Positions 8,828-16,162 are shown, counted from the stretch's first letter. The stretch is DNA of 42,610 nucleotides from an uncultured Gammaproteobacteria bacterium (GCA_964588165.1 CAZPMS010000005.1:69411-112020), one strand, 5' to 3'. Numbers and translations are program-made. Notes: generated by a model from the sequence alone, not told the origin.

Positions 8828-8859
8828 AGCCGTTGTGTAATTCAACAACGGCTTTTTTA
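8828..8859 (+). terminator. Intrinsic terminator of the 7567-8801 cassette
   Basis: AGCCGTTG (8828-8835) pairs with CAACGGCT (8846-8853), followed by TTTTTT. Confidence 0.7.
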
Positions 8860-8888
8860 TTGACTTAATACTAAAAAATTGGTAGACT
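8860..8888 (+). promoter_or_regulatory. Putative rpmH operon promoter
   Basis: TTGACT at 8860-8865, 17-nt spacer, TAGACT at 8883-8888. Confidence 0.45.
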
Positions 8889-8990
8889 AAAGCTCAAGTT
8901 TTTTGTTATCATTAATTATATGTCGTATAACTTGTAACATATATCGTCAGTCTTAAGATATGTGTTACACGATACACAATACACGATATT

Positions 8991-9128
8991 ATGCCTAAAA
9001 GAACTTATCAACCTAAAACAAGGAAGAGAGCTAAAACCCATGGTTTTAGAAAAAGAAGCGCTAGCAAAACCGGCAAGCGTGTTTTAAAGAGCCGCAGAGA
9101 TAAAGGTAGAAAAAAATTAGCTGCTTAA
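8991..9128 (+). CDS. rpmH: 50S ribosomal protein L34
   Basis: Not in the ORF track because it is under 60 aa. Translation by eye gives [45 protein letters not shown] (45 aa), the canonical L34 sequence. Lies directly upstream of rnpA. Confidence 0.9.
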   Translation: MPKRTYQPKTRKRAKTHGFRKRSASKTGKRVLKSRRDKGRKKLAA

Positions 9129-9131
9129 TAA

Positions 9132-9470
9132 ATGCTTCCCCAAATAAACAGACTGACCAAAGAGTCAGACTTTAAAATAGTAGCCAAAAAAGGGAGGCCT
9201 TTTTATTCATCCTGCTTAACTATTAAAACTTTTAAAAATAACTATGAGGCATCTCGGTTTGGCATTGTTATTTCAGCCAAAGCTAGCAAGAAAGCAGTTA
9301 CCAGAAACCAATTAAAAAGAAGGCTTTCTGAAATAATTAGAACCAATTTAGATAAACTTAATAAAGGTTTTGATGTGATGATTTTAGTAAAAAAGGAATT
9401 AACTGAAAAAAGTTTTAAAGAAATTGAGGCTGAACTACTTAATTTATTTAAAAAAGCAAAACTACTATAA
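9132..9470 (+). CDS. rnpA: Ribonuclease P protein component
   Basis: 112-aa basic ORF in the conserved rpmH-rnpA-yidD-yidC order. N-terminal LPQINRLTKESDF motif. Confidence 0.85.
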   Translation: MLPQINRLTKESDFKIVAKKGRPFYSSCLTIKTFKNNYEASRFGIVISAKASKKAVTRNQLKRRLSEIIRTNLDKLNKGFDVMILVKKELTEKSFKEIEAELLNLFKKAKLL

Positions 9471-9703
9471 TGAAAATTCTAGTTTTAAAAACCATTAGGT
9501 TATATCAAAAAACACTTTCTCCAGATTCTGGATGGTTTTCTTTTAAATACCCTAACGGTTATTGTCGGTTTCATCCTCACTGCTCAGAATATTCTCATCA
9601 AGCAATAAATAAACACGGCCTTATTAAAGGCTTTTATTTATCTTGTAAAAGAATTTTAAAGTGTAACCCTTTTAATAAAGGTGGCCACGACCCCGTTAAA
9701 TAA
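9470..9703 (+). CDS. yidD: Membrane protein insertion efficiency factor YidD
   Basis: 77 aa. Motifs CRFHPHCSEYSHQAI and RILKCNPFNKGGHDPV. Start overlaps the rnpA stop. Confidence 0.85.
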   Translation: MKILVLKTIRLYQKTLSPDSGWFSFKYPNGYCRFHPHCSEYSHQAINKHGLIKGFYLSCKRILKCNPFNKGGHDPVK

Positions 9704-9738
9704 TCAATCATTAATCTTTAACCATCAATTATTATTCT

Positions 9739-10479
9739 ATGTTTATAGAAATTTACAACACAATTTTGTACGAACCGTTATTTAATTTATTGGTTTTTTT
9801 CTACAATATTGTCCCAGGTAATGATATTGGCTTAGCTATTATCCTGTTAACTATTTTTATAAAGTTAATCCTATCCCCTTTCTTCATCCAATCCATAAAA
9901 GCCCAGAGAGCAATGCAGACTTTGCAGCCTAAATTGGATGAGCTAAAAGAAAAATTTAAAGATGAAAAAGATAAGTTAGGCCCGGCTATAATGGAACTTT
10001 ATAAAAAAGAAAAAGTTAGTCCTTTTTCTTCATGCTTGCCCCTTTTAATCCAACTCCCCTTTTTAATTGCAGTTTATCAAGTGTTTAGGACCGGCTTAGC
10101 TAACGGCAGTTTGGATAAGGTATATTCTTTTATTACCAACCCCGGAGCTATTGATCCCATTTCATTTGGTATTGTAGATTTGGGCCAGGCCAGTATATTT
10201 ATGGCTGTTTTGGCTGGCGGCGCCCAATTTTTACAGTCAAAAATCATGTTAGGCAAAACTAAAAAAATGCAAACCAATACCAAGGCTAAATCCCCTATGG
10301 CTTCTGCTATGGGTAAGCAAATGATGTATTTTATGCCAGTAATTACCGTTTTTATTGGAGCATCATTGCCAGCCGGCTTAACCTTTTATTGGTTTTTAGT
10401 AACTTTATTCGGCGCTTTGCAGCAGTTAATAATTTTTAAGAAAATGGATAAAGCTGAAGCTATACCCGAAAAAACCTAA
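9739..10479 (+). CDS. yidC: YidC/Oxa1-family membrane insertase (short form)
   Basis: 246 aa, multi-TM. Motifs LQPKLDELKEKFKDEKDKL and ELYKKEKVSPFSSCLPLLIQLPFLIAVY. Conserved synteny. Confidence 0.85.
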   Translation: MFIEIYNTILYEPLFNLLVFFYNIVPGNDIGLAIILLTIFIKLILSPFFIQSIKAQRAMQTLQPKLDELKEKFKDEKDKLGPAIMELYKKEKVSPFSSCLPLLIQLPFLIAVYQVFRTGLANGSLDKVYSFITNPGAIDPISFGIVDLGQASIFMAVLAGGAQFLQSKIMLGKTKKMQTNTKAKSPMASAMGKQMMYFMPVITVFIGASLPAGLTFYWFLVTLFGALQQLIIFKKMDKAEAIPEKT

Positions 10480-10490
10480 GTTTATGTTTT

Positions 10491-10760
10491 ATGATTTGTG
10501 GTTTTGATAAAATAAAAAATCTCCCAACCTATACCAAAAGCGGCGATTTTTTAGGCAAAATTGATGGGATAGAAATAAATTGCCAAACTCAGGTAGTAGC
10601 TCGTTATATAATAAAAAGTTCTAAAATAATAAATAGATTAACTTCTCATAAATTGATTGTAAGTGCTAGCCAAGTAATAAGTCTGGATAACAAGAAGATG
10701 GTTGTAGAAGACAGCACCATAGGTAATACCAGACTAGCCCGTCAAGGCGTAGCTTCATAA
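10491..10760 (+). CDS. Small PRC-barrel-like protein (tentative)
   Basis: 89-aa ORF. Pattern LPTYTKSGDFLGKIDGIEIN ... KLIVSASQVISLDNKKMVV resembles a PRC-barrel fold. Based on pattern only. Confidence 0.4.
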   Translation: MICGFDKIKNLPTYTKSGDFLGKIDGIEINCQTQVVARYIIKSSKIINRLTSHKLIVSASQVISLDNKKMVVEDSTIGNTRLARQGVAS

Positions 10761-10770
10761 AAATAATATA

Positions 10771-10806
10771 AAAAACAGCCTACTAAATAAGCGGGCTGTT
10801 TTAGTT
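10771..10806. terminator. Bidirectional terminator between convergent genes
   Basis: ACAGCC (10775-10780) pairs with GGCTGT (10794-10799). A-run before and T-run after. Confidence 0.6.
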
Positions 10807-10819
10807 TATTTAAAATTGT

Positions 10820-11830
10820 TTATTGGTTAGAGAAAAATTCCCAAATAACAGGAGTTTCCCATTGGTACCACCTATGCTCGCCTTGGTTTAAAGTATAAAG
10901 AACCGTATCAGCCTGGCACTGGGTAAATTCTTCACGAACGGCATCATGTTCTATAATATTTTCACTTACTATACCACCTTGGCAGTGATTACTTTCTGAC
11001 CATTTAGCAAAAGCTTCTGGGATAGAGGCTACGCCCGGTTTACCATTATATAAAACTGTTCCATCAAGTAAGCCATTAAACATGATTATAGGTACTGGTT
11101 GGGGAGTTACATCTGTATTTTCACCCATGGTTCCGCCAACTGTAGCAATGCCCGCGAAAGTCCCAGGCAAAGTATAAGCTAAATATTGAGTGAATATGGC
11201 ACCATTTGATGAACCAGTAGCGAAAATTTTAGTTTCATCGATGGCCAGATTTGAAATAAGCTCATCAATTAAAGCTACAATAAAACCTTTATCATCAACT
11301 GGAGCATTATTTGTAAACCACCAGCCGGTTTCATTGGGAGCATTGGTATTGCCGCCAAGTAAGGATTGAGGATAGACTACAATAAAACCCTCTTGGTTAG
11401 ATAGCAGGGAAAACTTAGTGGTACCCTCAAAAGCATAAGAAGTTCCGGTAGTTCCATGGAAAGCCATAACTAAAGGCATTGGTGTTTGGCCGTTATAATT
11501 TGGCGGTAAATGAACACGGTAGGTTCTTATTCCTCCATCATACTCTAAACTATAATTATATGAGCCGATTTGGTAATTATTTTGAGGATCATTAACAGGC
11601 TCTTCAATAGGTTCTTCTGGCGGAGTGTCAGGATCACTAGGTGTTATCTGGGGAACAGTTTTTGGCGCAGTTTTTGATGTTGGCGGGGTAGTGCCAGCTG
11701 GGTACTGCTCATAATTATTATTTTGCCTAAAGTTGGCAATTCGGTTTCGCCTTTTTTGCTGTAGAGCCACTGCCAAAACCACAATGATTAAGACTAAAAT
11801 TATTAGGATAAATATTTGTTTCTTTCTCAT
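10820..11830 (-). CDS. Secreted or membrane-anchored alpha/beta-hydrolase esterase, PHB-depolymerase/LpqC-like family
   Basis: The ORF-track start is 11911. The internal ATG at 11830 (MRKKQIFILIILVLIIVVLAVAL) gives a signal anchor right at the N-terminus. Pro/Thr-rich linker. YRVHLPPNYNGQTPMPLVMAFHGTTGT and nucleophile-elbow-like GSSNG. Confidence 0.65.
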   Translation of the reverse strand: MRKKQIFILIILVLIIVVLAVALQQKRRNRIANFRQNNNYEQYPAGTTPPTSKTAPKTVPQITPSDPDTPPEEPIEEPVNDPQNNYQIGSYNYSLEYDGGIRTYRVHLPPNYNGQTPMPLVMAFHGTTGTSYAFEGTTKFSLLSNQEGFIVVYPQSLLGGNTNAPNETGWWFTNNAPVDDKGFIVALIDELISNLAIDETKIFATGSSNGAIFTQYLAYTLPGTFAGIATVGGTMGENTDVTPQPVPIIMFNGLLDGTVLYNGKPGVASIPEAFAKWSESNHCQGGIVSENIIEHDAVREEFTQCQADTVLYTLNQGEHRWYQWETPVIWEFFSNQ

Positions 11831-11975
11831 ATTGATTTGATTTAATTTTTTTCTCTTGCGGAACCAGATACGCTGTGTTAGGCGCCATTCCATTTCCCCC
11901 TGTTTTCTCATAATTCATCTAAAAACGAAAAATTCTGATTTTACAAGGTATTTTAAATAATTTTTGTTATTTTTG

Positions 11976-12035
11976 GCTAATATTAGGAAAATTTATTAAT
12001 TTATAGTTGACATAATTATTTAGATATGCTATAAT
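11976..12035 (+). promoter_or_regulatory. Promoter module: palindrome GCTAATATTAG, -35 TTGACA, extended -10 TGcTATAAT
   Basis: GCTAATATTAG at 11976-11986; TTGACA at 12007-12012; 17-nt spacer; TATAAT at 12030-12035. TTTTGGCTAATATTAG is identical over 16 nt to 7444-7459. Confidence 0.55.
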
Positions 12036-12089
12036 TTATTATCTTGTGAAGTTTTAAAACATAACAGATGAAGATTGGAGGAAACATCG

Positions 12090-12383
12090 ATGAAATGCAA
12101 AGTTTTCTTTGCTTTTGGTGAACCAGGAGTCGCAAATTCACTTACCCGTTCAGGGGAAAGAACATCTTTCTATGTTCCCGCAGATCGTGAAGAGTATGAA
12201 AGGAGTAGGGCGAGTGAAGTTCCAACTGCAGCAGATGAAATACTTGAAGTTGAGGTTAACACCTGGCTTCGAGAGAACCCCGAAGTTGTAATAATAAGTC
12301 AATCATTGACGGTTATGCCACATACTGATGGCGTCTACAGAACACTGTATCTGTCAGTTTTGTACGAACAACCCGAGGAATAG
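12090..12383 (+). CDS. Small acidic cytoplasmic protein, function unknown
   Basis: The ORF-track start is 12075. ATG at 12090 is preferred because GGAGG lies 8 nt upstream. GC-richer sequence. The C-terminal part (EVEVNTWLRENPEVVIISQSL...LYLSVLY) has an alpha/beta small-domain look. Confidence 0.55.
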   Translation: MKCKVFFAFGEPGVANSLTRSGERTSFYVPADREEYERSRASEVPTAADEILEVEVNTWLRENPEVVIISQSLTVMPHTDGVYRTLYLSVLYEQPEE

Positions 12384-12403
12384 CCTCAAGAAAACTCGCA
12401 ACT

Positions 12404-12440
12404 GAGACCCAGCGAGTATAAATAAAGGGTCTCTTTTTTT
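12404..12440 (+). terminator. Intrinsic terminator of the 12090 gene
   Basis: GAGACCC (12404-12410) pairs with GGGTCTC (12427-12433), followed by TTTTTTT. Confidence 0.75.
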
Positions 12441-12441
12441 A

Positions 12442-12484
12442 TAAAAAATAGAATGTGGGGCACACCATAAAACTGGTATGCCCC
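12442..12484 (-). terminator. Intrinsic terminator of the 12704-12504 gene
   Basis: GGGGCA (12457-12462) pairs with TGCCCC (12479-12484). The A-run at 12442-12449 is a T-run on the minus strand. Confidence 0.6.
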
Positions 12485-12503
12485 GGAGAGAATAATGTAA
12501 TTC

Positions 12504-12704
12504 TCAAGTAGATTTTGTAGGAGAAGGTAAAGGACGATTGCCCCACATTTCCACACAAATGAACAATAAGCCGAGAGGCCCCAGCACATAGAGGATGGGC
12601 ACAGTAATACTGTGGTGCCATCTTAATTTCCCCCATTTTCTTTTGATATAGATTAGGGATATTATGGCTGCCAGTAGGCCACTTACTAACCAGAGCGCTT
12701 CCAT
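12504..12704 (-). CDS. Small membrane protein (2 TM), function unknown
   Basis: 66-aa ORF. AGGAGGG lies 5 nt upstream of the ATG (minus-strand reading AAAAGGAGGGTGCAATG). Chosen over the overlapping frames 12386-12589 and 12439-12636, which lack an SD. Confidence 0.55.
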   Translation of the reverse strand: MEALWLVSGLLAAIISLIYIKRKWGKLRWHHSITVPILYVLGPLGLLFICVEMWGNRPLPSPTKST

Positions 12705-12775
12705 TGCACCCTCCTTTTTGTTGTCTGGAAGTATATATTCATCTGCTAATATTTTAGCTATTATTAATAAAAAAG

Positions 12776-12810
12776 TAAATAAAAATCCACCCCGTTTACC
12801 TTCGGGTGGA
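12776..12810 (-). terminator. Intrinsic terminator of the lipid-kinase-like gene
   Basis: TCCACCC (12786-12792) pairs with GGGTGGA (12804-12810). T-run on the minus strand. Confidence 0.6.
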
Positions 12811-12835
12811 AATCATAAATACTATTTTGTTTTTT

Positions 12836-13597
12836 TTAAAATAATCTTTTACTGCCAACAATTATTTTTAGTTTTTTAGGGGCAATAGAAACTTTAACCG
12901 GTGTTTTAAAAACTGCCTGCTGGTCTATAGTAACGGTTACCGGTTCAGATTTGCTGCCAATCATAATTTTTTTAAAAGGGAAAATACTTTGCTTATCTGC
13001 TTTGGGTTTGGAAAATAATTTTTCTTTAACTGGTGCAATCACAGCTTCCAGCAAACCATCAGTCGGAATAGATATCCTTTGTTTATAAACTGATTGGTTA
13101 GTGCTTAAAAAGCCCAGATTGCAGATGCTGATAATTGATTTTTTAGAAACCGGGCTTATTTTAAATTTATCAAAATCCAAGATTGCCTCGGAGTCAGAAA
13201 TAGTGGCAGAATCAATAAAGTACTGATGGTTTATTTTACCCAAGTCAATTTTTTTAACCAAGCGTTGGGCCAAAACATCGCAAGCCTTTTCCCCTTCGGG
13301 CACGCCCAATATTTCCGCTACCTTACTTTTATTATTAATTGGAATTATTCCTAGTGTAACATCCATCTCCGCTATAATGTTTACGATTTTGGAAAAAGTT
13401 TCATCATCACCAACAGCCACCACGGTTTTAACTCCCTGTTTAATACCATCCTCTATAACCTCCTGCATATTTTTTAAAACATTTAGCCTGCAGATCTTTC
13501 CTTTAATCTCTAAGTCAGCCAATCTGTTTTCAATCCGGTTTAGGACATTAGTATATTTTTTATTATTCAAAAAAATATCGTAAATATACAAATACAT
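12836..13597 (-). CDS. Diacylglycerol-kinase-catalytic-domain (YegS/BmrU-like) lipid kinase family protein
   Basis: 253 aa. VKTVVAVGDDETFSKIVNIIAEMDVTLGIIPIN corresponds to the GGDGT-type nucleotide-binding segment of DAGK_cat proteins. Confidence 0.65.
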   Translation of the reverse strand: MYLYIYDIFLNNKKYTNVLNRIENRLADLEIKGKICRLNVLKNMQEVIEDGIKQGVKTVVAVGDDETFSKIVNIIAEMDVTLGIIPINNKSKVAEILGVPEGEKACDVLAQRLVKKIDLGKINHQYFIDSATISDSEAILDFDKFKISPVSKKSIISICNLGFLSTNQSVYKQRISIPTDGLLEAVIAPVKEKLFSKPKADKQSIFPFKKIMIGSKSEPVTVTIDQQAVFKTPVKVSIAPKKLKIIVGSKRLF

Positions 13598-13603
13598 ATA
13601 ACT

Positions 13604-14017
13604 CTATTTTAATTTTGCGTCTGGGATTTCTTCTGCTTCCTTTAACTTTTCAGGGATAACCATCTTTTTGCTGTTCATACTAATTTTGCCATTTACCCTA
13701 GCGCCTTTTTCAATAGAAATTAAATTTGTAGAAATGTCACCTTTTACTTTGGCAGTAGAAGTTAGTTCAATCTCATTCTCGGCTACAATATTGCCTGTAA
13801 CTTCACCGGCAACAAAAGCGCTTTGGGCAAATACTTTAGCCTGAACTTTGGCATCCTTGCCCACTTTTAAATGGTTTTTGGTGTTTAAATTACCAATAAC
13901 GACTCCTTCAACAATTACATCACCATCACCATTAAAATCTCCTTCTACTTTTACTGAAGGGCCAATGATTGTTTCTACATTTTTTGAAGGTTTAGTTGGG
14001 TTCTCTCCTTTGAACAT
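13604..14017 (-). CDS. Bactofilin-family cytoskeletal protein
   Basis: 137 aa. Repetitive beta-helix pattern IIGPSVKVEGDFNGDGDVIVEGVVIGNL...VAGEVTGNIVAENEIELTSTAKVKGDI...GARVNGKISM. Confidence 0.8.
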   Translation of the reverse strand: MFKGENPTKPSKNVETIIGPSVKVEGDFNGDGDVIVEGVVIGNLNTKNHLKVGKDAKVQAKVFAQSAFVAGEVTGNIVAENEIELTSTAKVKGDISTNLISIEKGARVNGKISMNSKKMVIPEKLKEAEEIPDAKLK

Positions 14018-14131
14018 AAGTATTTTGTTTTTAATAATTAATTAGCAGTAGTTAAATTTTAGTGAAAAGATGGATTAATGTCAAAGCCATAGATATTTTA
14101 TTTTTTTGTGTTATTATATAAGGAACAAATT

Positions 14132-14266
14132 ATGCAAAACTATTTTAAAAAAGACTTAATAAAAATTATAATTTTAGCTGCAATGGTTTTGGCTGTTTTA
14201 ATTGGTTTGACTATTTGGGATAACCAATCAGGCACACTTGAGAGCCTTTCTGGCAGGTATTTTTAG
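14132..14266 (+). CDS. Possible 44-aa single-TM micro-protein
   Basis: ATG..TAG read by eye: MQNYFKKDLIKIIILAAMVLAVLIGLTIWDNQSGTLESLSGRYF. No SD, which is normal for the backbone. Below the ORF-track cutoff. Confidence 0.3.
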   Translation: MQNYFKKDLIKIIILAAMVLAVLIGLTIWDNQSGTLESLSGRYF

Positions 14267-14375
14267 TTGATTTTTAGGATTTTTACTCAAAAAAAACATT
14301 TTAACATTTTACGACGCTATATTTTGTTTTATGTTAGGCAAAAATGGGCAAATTAGTCCAATTTTCAATAACTAA

Positions 14376-14391
14376 TGTTCCACGTGGAACA
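14376..14391. other. parS-like ParB-binding palindrome TGTTCCACGTGGAACA
   Basis: Perfect 16-bp palindrome made of two TGTTCCAC half-sites. 15/16 to the Bacillus-type parS TGTTCCACGTGAAACA. Intergenic, about 8 kb from dnaA. Confidence 0.7.
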
Positions 14392-14563
14392 TCGAGTTAT
14401 CACTCGTTTCGGCTTACACAATCGAACAAGTTCAATTGGTTCAGCCTTCACGCGCGTCCCCCTCTCCACTCCTCATTTTATTCGGAATGGTTTAAAATAA
14501 GGGCATTGATAAGCAATAATATCTGACAAATTATTGAGTTTCCATTCAAACGAGCGTAATTTA

Positions 14564-14638
14564 GCCCCGATAGTTCAATGGATAGAACGTTGGCCTCCTA
14601 AGCCGAAGATTCAGGTTCGATTCCTGATCGGGGTACCA
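14564..14638 (+). tRNA. tRNA-Arg (anticodon CCT), CCA encoded
   Basis: Manual cloverleaf. Acceptor GCCCCGA/TCGGGGT, D arm GTTC..GAAC, anticodon stem TTGGC/GCCGA with loop CTCCTAA, T arm TCAGG-TTCGATT-CCTGA. 75 nt. Confidence 0.85.
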
Positions 14639-14644
14639 AAATAA

Positions 14645-14692
14645 GCTAATATTAGTCCAAATATTGACAATCGCATTGAAATAGTGTATATT
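14645..14692 (+). promoter_or_regulatory. tRNA-Ala promoter with upstream GCTAATATTAG palindrome
   Basis: GCTAATATTAG at 14645-14655; TTGACA at 14664-14669; 17-nt spacer; TATATT at 14687-14692. The tRNA starts 12 nt later. Confidence 0.5.
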
Positions 14693-14704
14693 AAGCCCAC
14701 TTTA

Positions 14705-14781
14705 GGGCCTCTAGCTCAGCTGGTTAGAGCGCTTGCATGGCATGCAAGAGGTCAAGGGTTCGAATCCCTTGAGGTCCACCA
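14705..14781 (+). tRNA. tRNA-Ala (anticodon GGC), CCA encoded
   Basis: Manual cloverleaf. Acceptor GGGCCTC/GAGGTCC with the G3:U70 Ala identity pair. Anticodon stem CTTGC/GCAAG with loop ATGGCAT. T arm AAGGG-TTCGAAT-CCCTT. 77 nt. Confidence 0.9.
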
Positions 14782-14804
14782 TTAAAGTATAAGAAAAGCG
14801 ATTT

Positions 14805-15101
14805 ATGTATTTTGTTTATATACTTCAAAGCTTGAAAGATTCAGGCTATTATATCGGAGTTACATCAAATATTGAAAGAAGATTTCGTGAACATAATTTA
14901 GGCTTGGCTAAATCAACAAAATCCAGAAGACCTTTCAAAATGGCAAGAATCGAGCAATATTTTTATATAAAAGACGCTTATAGACGGGAAAAGTTTTTAA
15001 AATCAAAGAAAAGCAGTAAAATTATAAGTAAGATTGTTGCCAGTCCCGACGTCCCGACCAAAGGTCGGAAATCGGGATCCCGACATAGCTCTTTGAGCTA
15101 G
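14805..15101 (+). CDS. GIY-YIG nuclease family protein (UPF0213/YhbQ-like)
   Basis: 98 aa. MYFVYILQSLKDSGYYIGVTSNIERRFREHN carries the GIY-(10)-YIG and R..EH motifs. The last ~20 codons run through a GC-rich multi-hairpin. Paralog at 41110-41388. Confidence 0.8.
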   Translation: MYFVYILQSLKDSGYYIGVTSNIERRFREHNLGLAKSTKSRRPFKMARIEQYFYIKDAYRREKFLKSKKSSKIISKIVASPDVPTKGRKSGSRHSSLS

Positions 15102-15109
15102 CGTCGGGA

Positions 15110-15154
15110 CATGGCATGCAAGAGGTCAAGGGTTCGAATCCCTTGAGGTCACCA
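15110..15154 (+). pseudogene. Duplicated 3' part of tRNA-Ala(GGC), from anticodon loop to CCA
   Basis: CATGGCATGCAAGAGGTCAAGGGTTCGAATCCCTTGAGGTC-ACCA matches 14736-14781 except for one missing C in the acceptor strand. There is no matching 5' half, so it cannot fold as a tRNA. Confidence 0.85.
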
Positions 15155-15172
15155 CTAATTAAAACAAAATTT

Positions 15173-16087
15173 ATGGAAAAACTTATTATTATAGGCTCTG
15201 GTCCGGCTGGTTTAACAGCAGCAATTTATTCAGCTAGAGCTAATTTGAACCCCCTGGTTATTGAGGGCAATGTACCAGGCGGCCAACTTTTATGGACTAC
15301 AGAGGTAGAAAATTTTCCTGGCTTTGAAAAAGGCATAATGGGGCCAGAATTGATGCAGAATATGAAAAAACAGGCCGAAAGATTTGGAGCGAAATTTGCC
15401 GCAGATATGGTAAAAAGTACTGATTTTAGCCAAAAACCATATAAAATCATAGTTGGTGACGAAACTTATGAGTCAGAAGCAGTTATTGTGGCTACTGGAG
15501 CCAGAGCTAGAATGCTTGGGATTAGCAATGAAGATGAATTATTAGGCAAAGGAGTCCATACTTGCGCAACCTGTGACGGAGCTTTTTATAGGGGAAAGGA
15601 AGTTATTATAGTTGGCGGTGGTGATAGTGCCATGGAAGAGGCCAATTTTTTAACTAAATTCGCTAAAAAAGTATATGTTGTTCATAGAAAGGAAACTCTT
15701 AACGCTTCTGAAATAATGCAGAAAAAGGCTAAAAGTAACCAAAAAATTGAATTTATTTGGAATTCAGTGATAAAAGAGTATATTGGTAAAGATAAATTAG
15801 AGGCTGTTAAATTGGCTAATAGTAAGTCAAATAAAGAAAAAGAAATGAAGATTGACGGTGTTTTCTTGGCAATTGGCCATATTCCCAATACAGAGATATT
15901 TAAAGATCAGCTTGATTTAGGCAAATTTGGCTATATTGAGCCAAAAAATAATGTCTTTACAGAAATAGAAGGTATTTTTGTGGCCGGAGATGTTTCTGAC
16001 TGGAAATACCGCCAGGCAGTTACGGCAGCCGGTTTTGGTTGTATGGCTTCATTGGAGGCAGAGAAATACTTAGATTCATTGGAATAA
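15173..16087 (+). CDS. trxB: Thioredoxin-disulfide reductase
   Basis: The ORF-track start 15116 lies inside the tRNA remnant. ATG at 15173 gives MEKLIIIGSGPAGLTAAIYSAR (FAD GxGxxG). Redox-active CATCDG. NADPH site VIIVGGGDSAMEEA. Confidence 0.9.
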   Translation: MEKLIIIGSGPAGLTAAIYSARANLNPLVIEGNVPGGQLLWTTEVENFPGFEKGIMGPELMQNMKKQAERFGAKFAADMVKSTDFSQKPYKIIVGDETYESEAVIVATGARARMLGISNEDELLGKGVHTCATCDGAFYRGKEVIIVGGGDSAMEEANFLTKFAKKVYVVHRKETLNASEIMQKKAKSNQKIEFIWNSVIKEYIGKDKLEAVKLANSKSNKEKEMKIDGVFLAIGHIPNTEIFKDQLDLGKFGYIEPKNNVFTEIEGIFVAGDVSDWKYRQAVTAAGFGCMASLEAEKYLDSLE

Positions 16088-16147
16088 AAACCTTGCCCGA
16101 TTCGTAACGACGTGCAATTGCACGTCGCAACTAAGCAAGGTTTTTTT
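16086..16147 (+). terminator. Compound hairpin terminator after trxB
   Basis: AAAAACCTTGC (16086-16096) pairs with GCAAGGTTTTT (16135-16145). Inner palindrome CGACGTGCAATTGCACGTCG at 16109-16128. T-run follows. Confidence 0.7.
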
Positions 16148-16162
16148 GTTCCACGTAGAACA
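16147..16162. other. parS-like site TGTTCCACGTAGAACA
   Basis: 15/16 to the perfect palindrome at 14376-14391. Intergenic, abutting the trxB terminator. Confidence 0.6.

Noticed and set aside
11831-11918. Extended start of the esterase at 11911, and the 63-aa ORF at 11727-11918
   Set aside because: The extension adds a basic, non-hydrophobic leader in front of an obvious N-terminal signal anchor. The internal ATG at 11830 is more plausible, though this is not proven.
12386-12636. Alternative minus-strand ORFs 12386-12589 and 12439-12636, and the plus-strand ORF 12664-12879
   Set aside because: They overlap the two terminator hairpins or the promoter region and lack an SD. The 12504-12704 frame has AGGAGGG at ideal spacing.
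14782-15110. Group I intron with a homing endonuclease inside tRNA-Ala
   Set aside because: The upstream tRNA-Ala is already complete and uninterrupted. The downstream copy lacks a 5' exon. I saw no P3-P8 style intron core, only short hairpins. An insertion with partial duplication explains the data better.
15116-15172. N-terminal extension of trxB (MQEVKGSNPLRSPLIKTKF) in the ORF track
   Set aside because: These codons are the translated tRNA-Ala 3' remnant. The FAD-binding GxGxxG fold begins right after the ATG at 15173.
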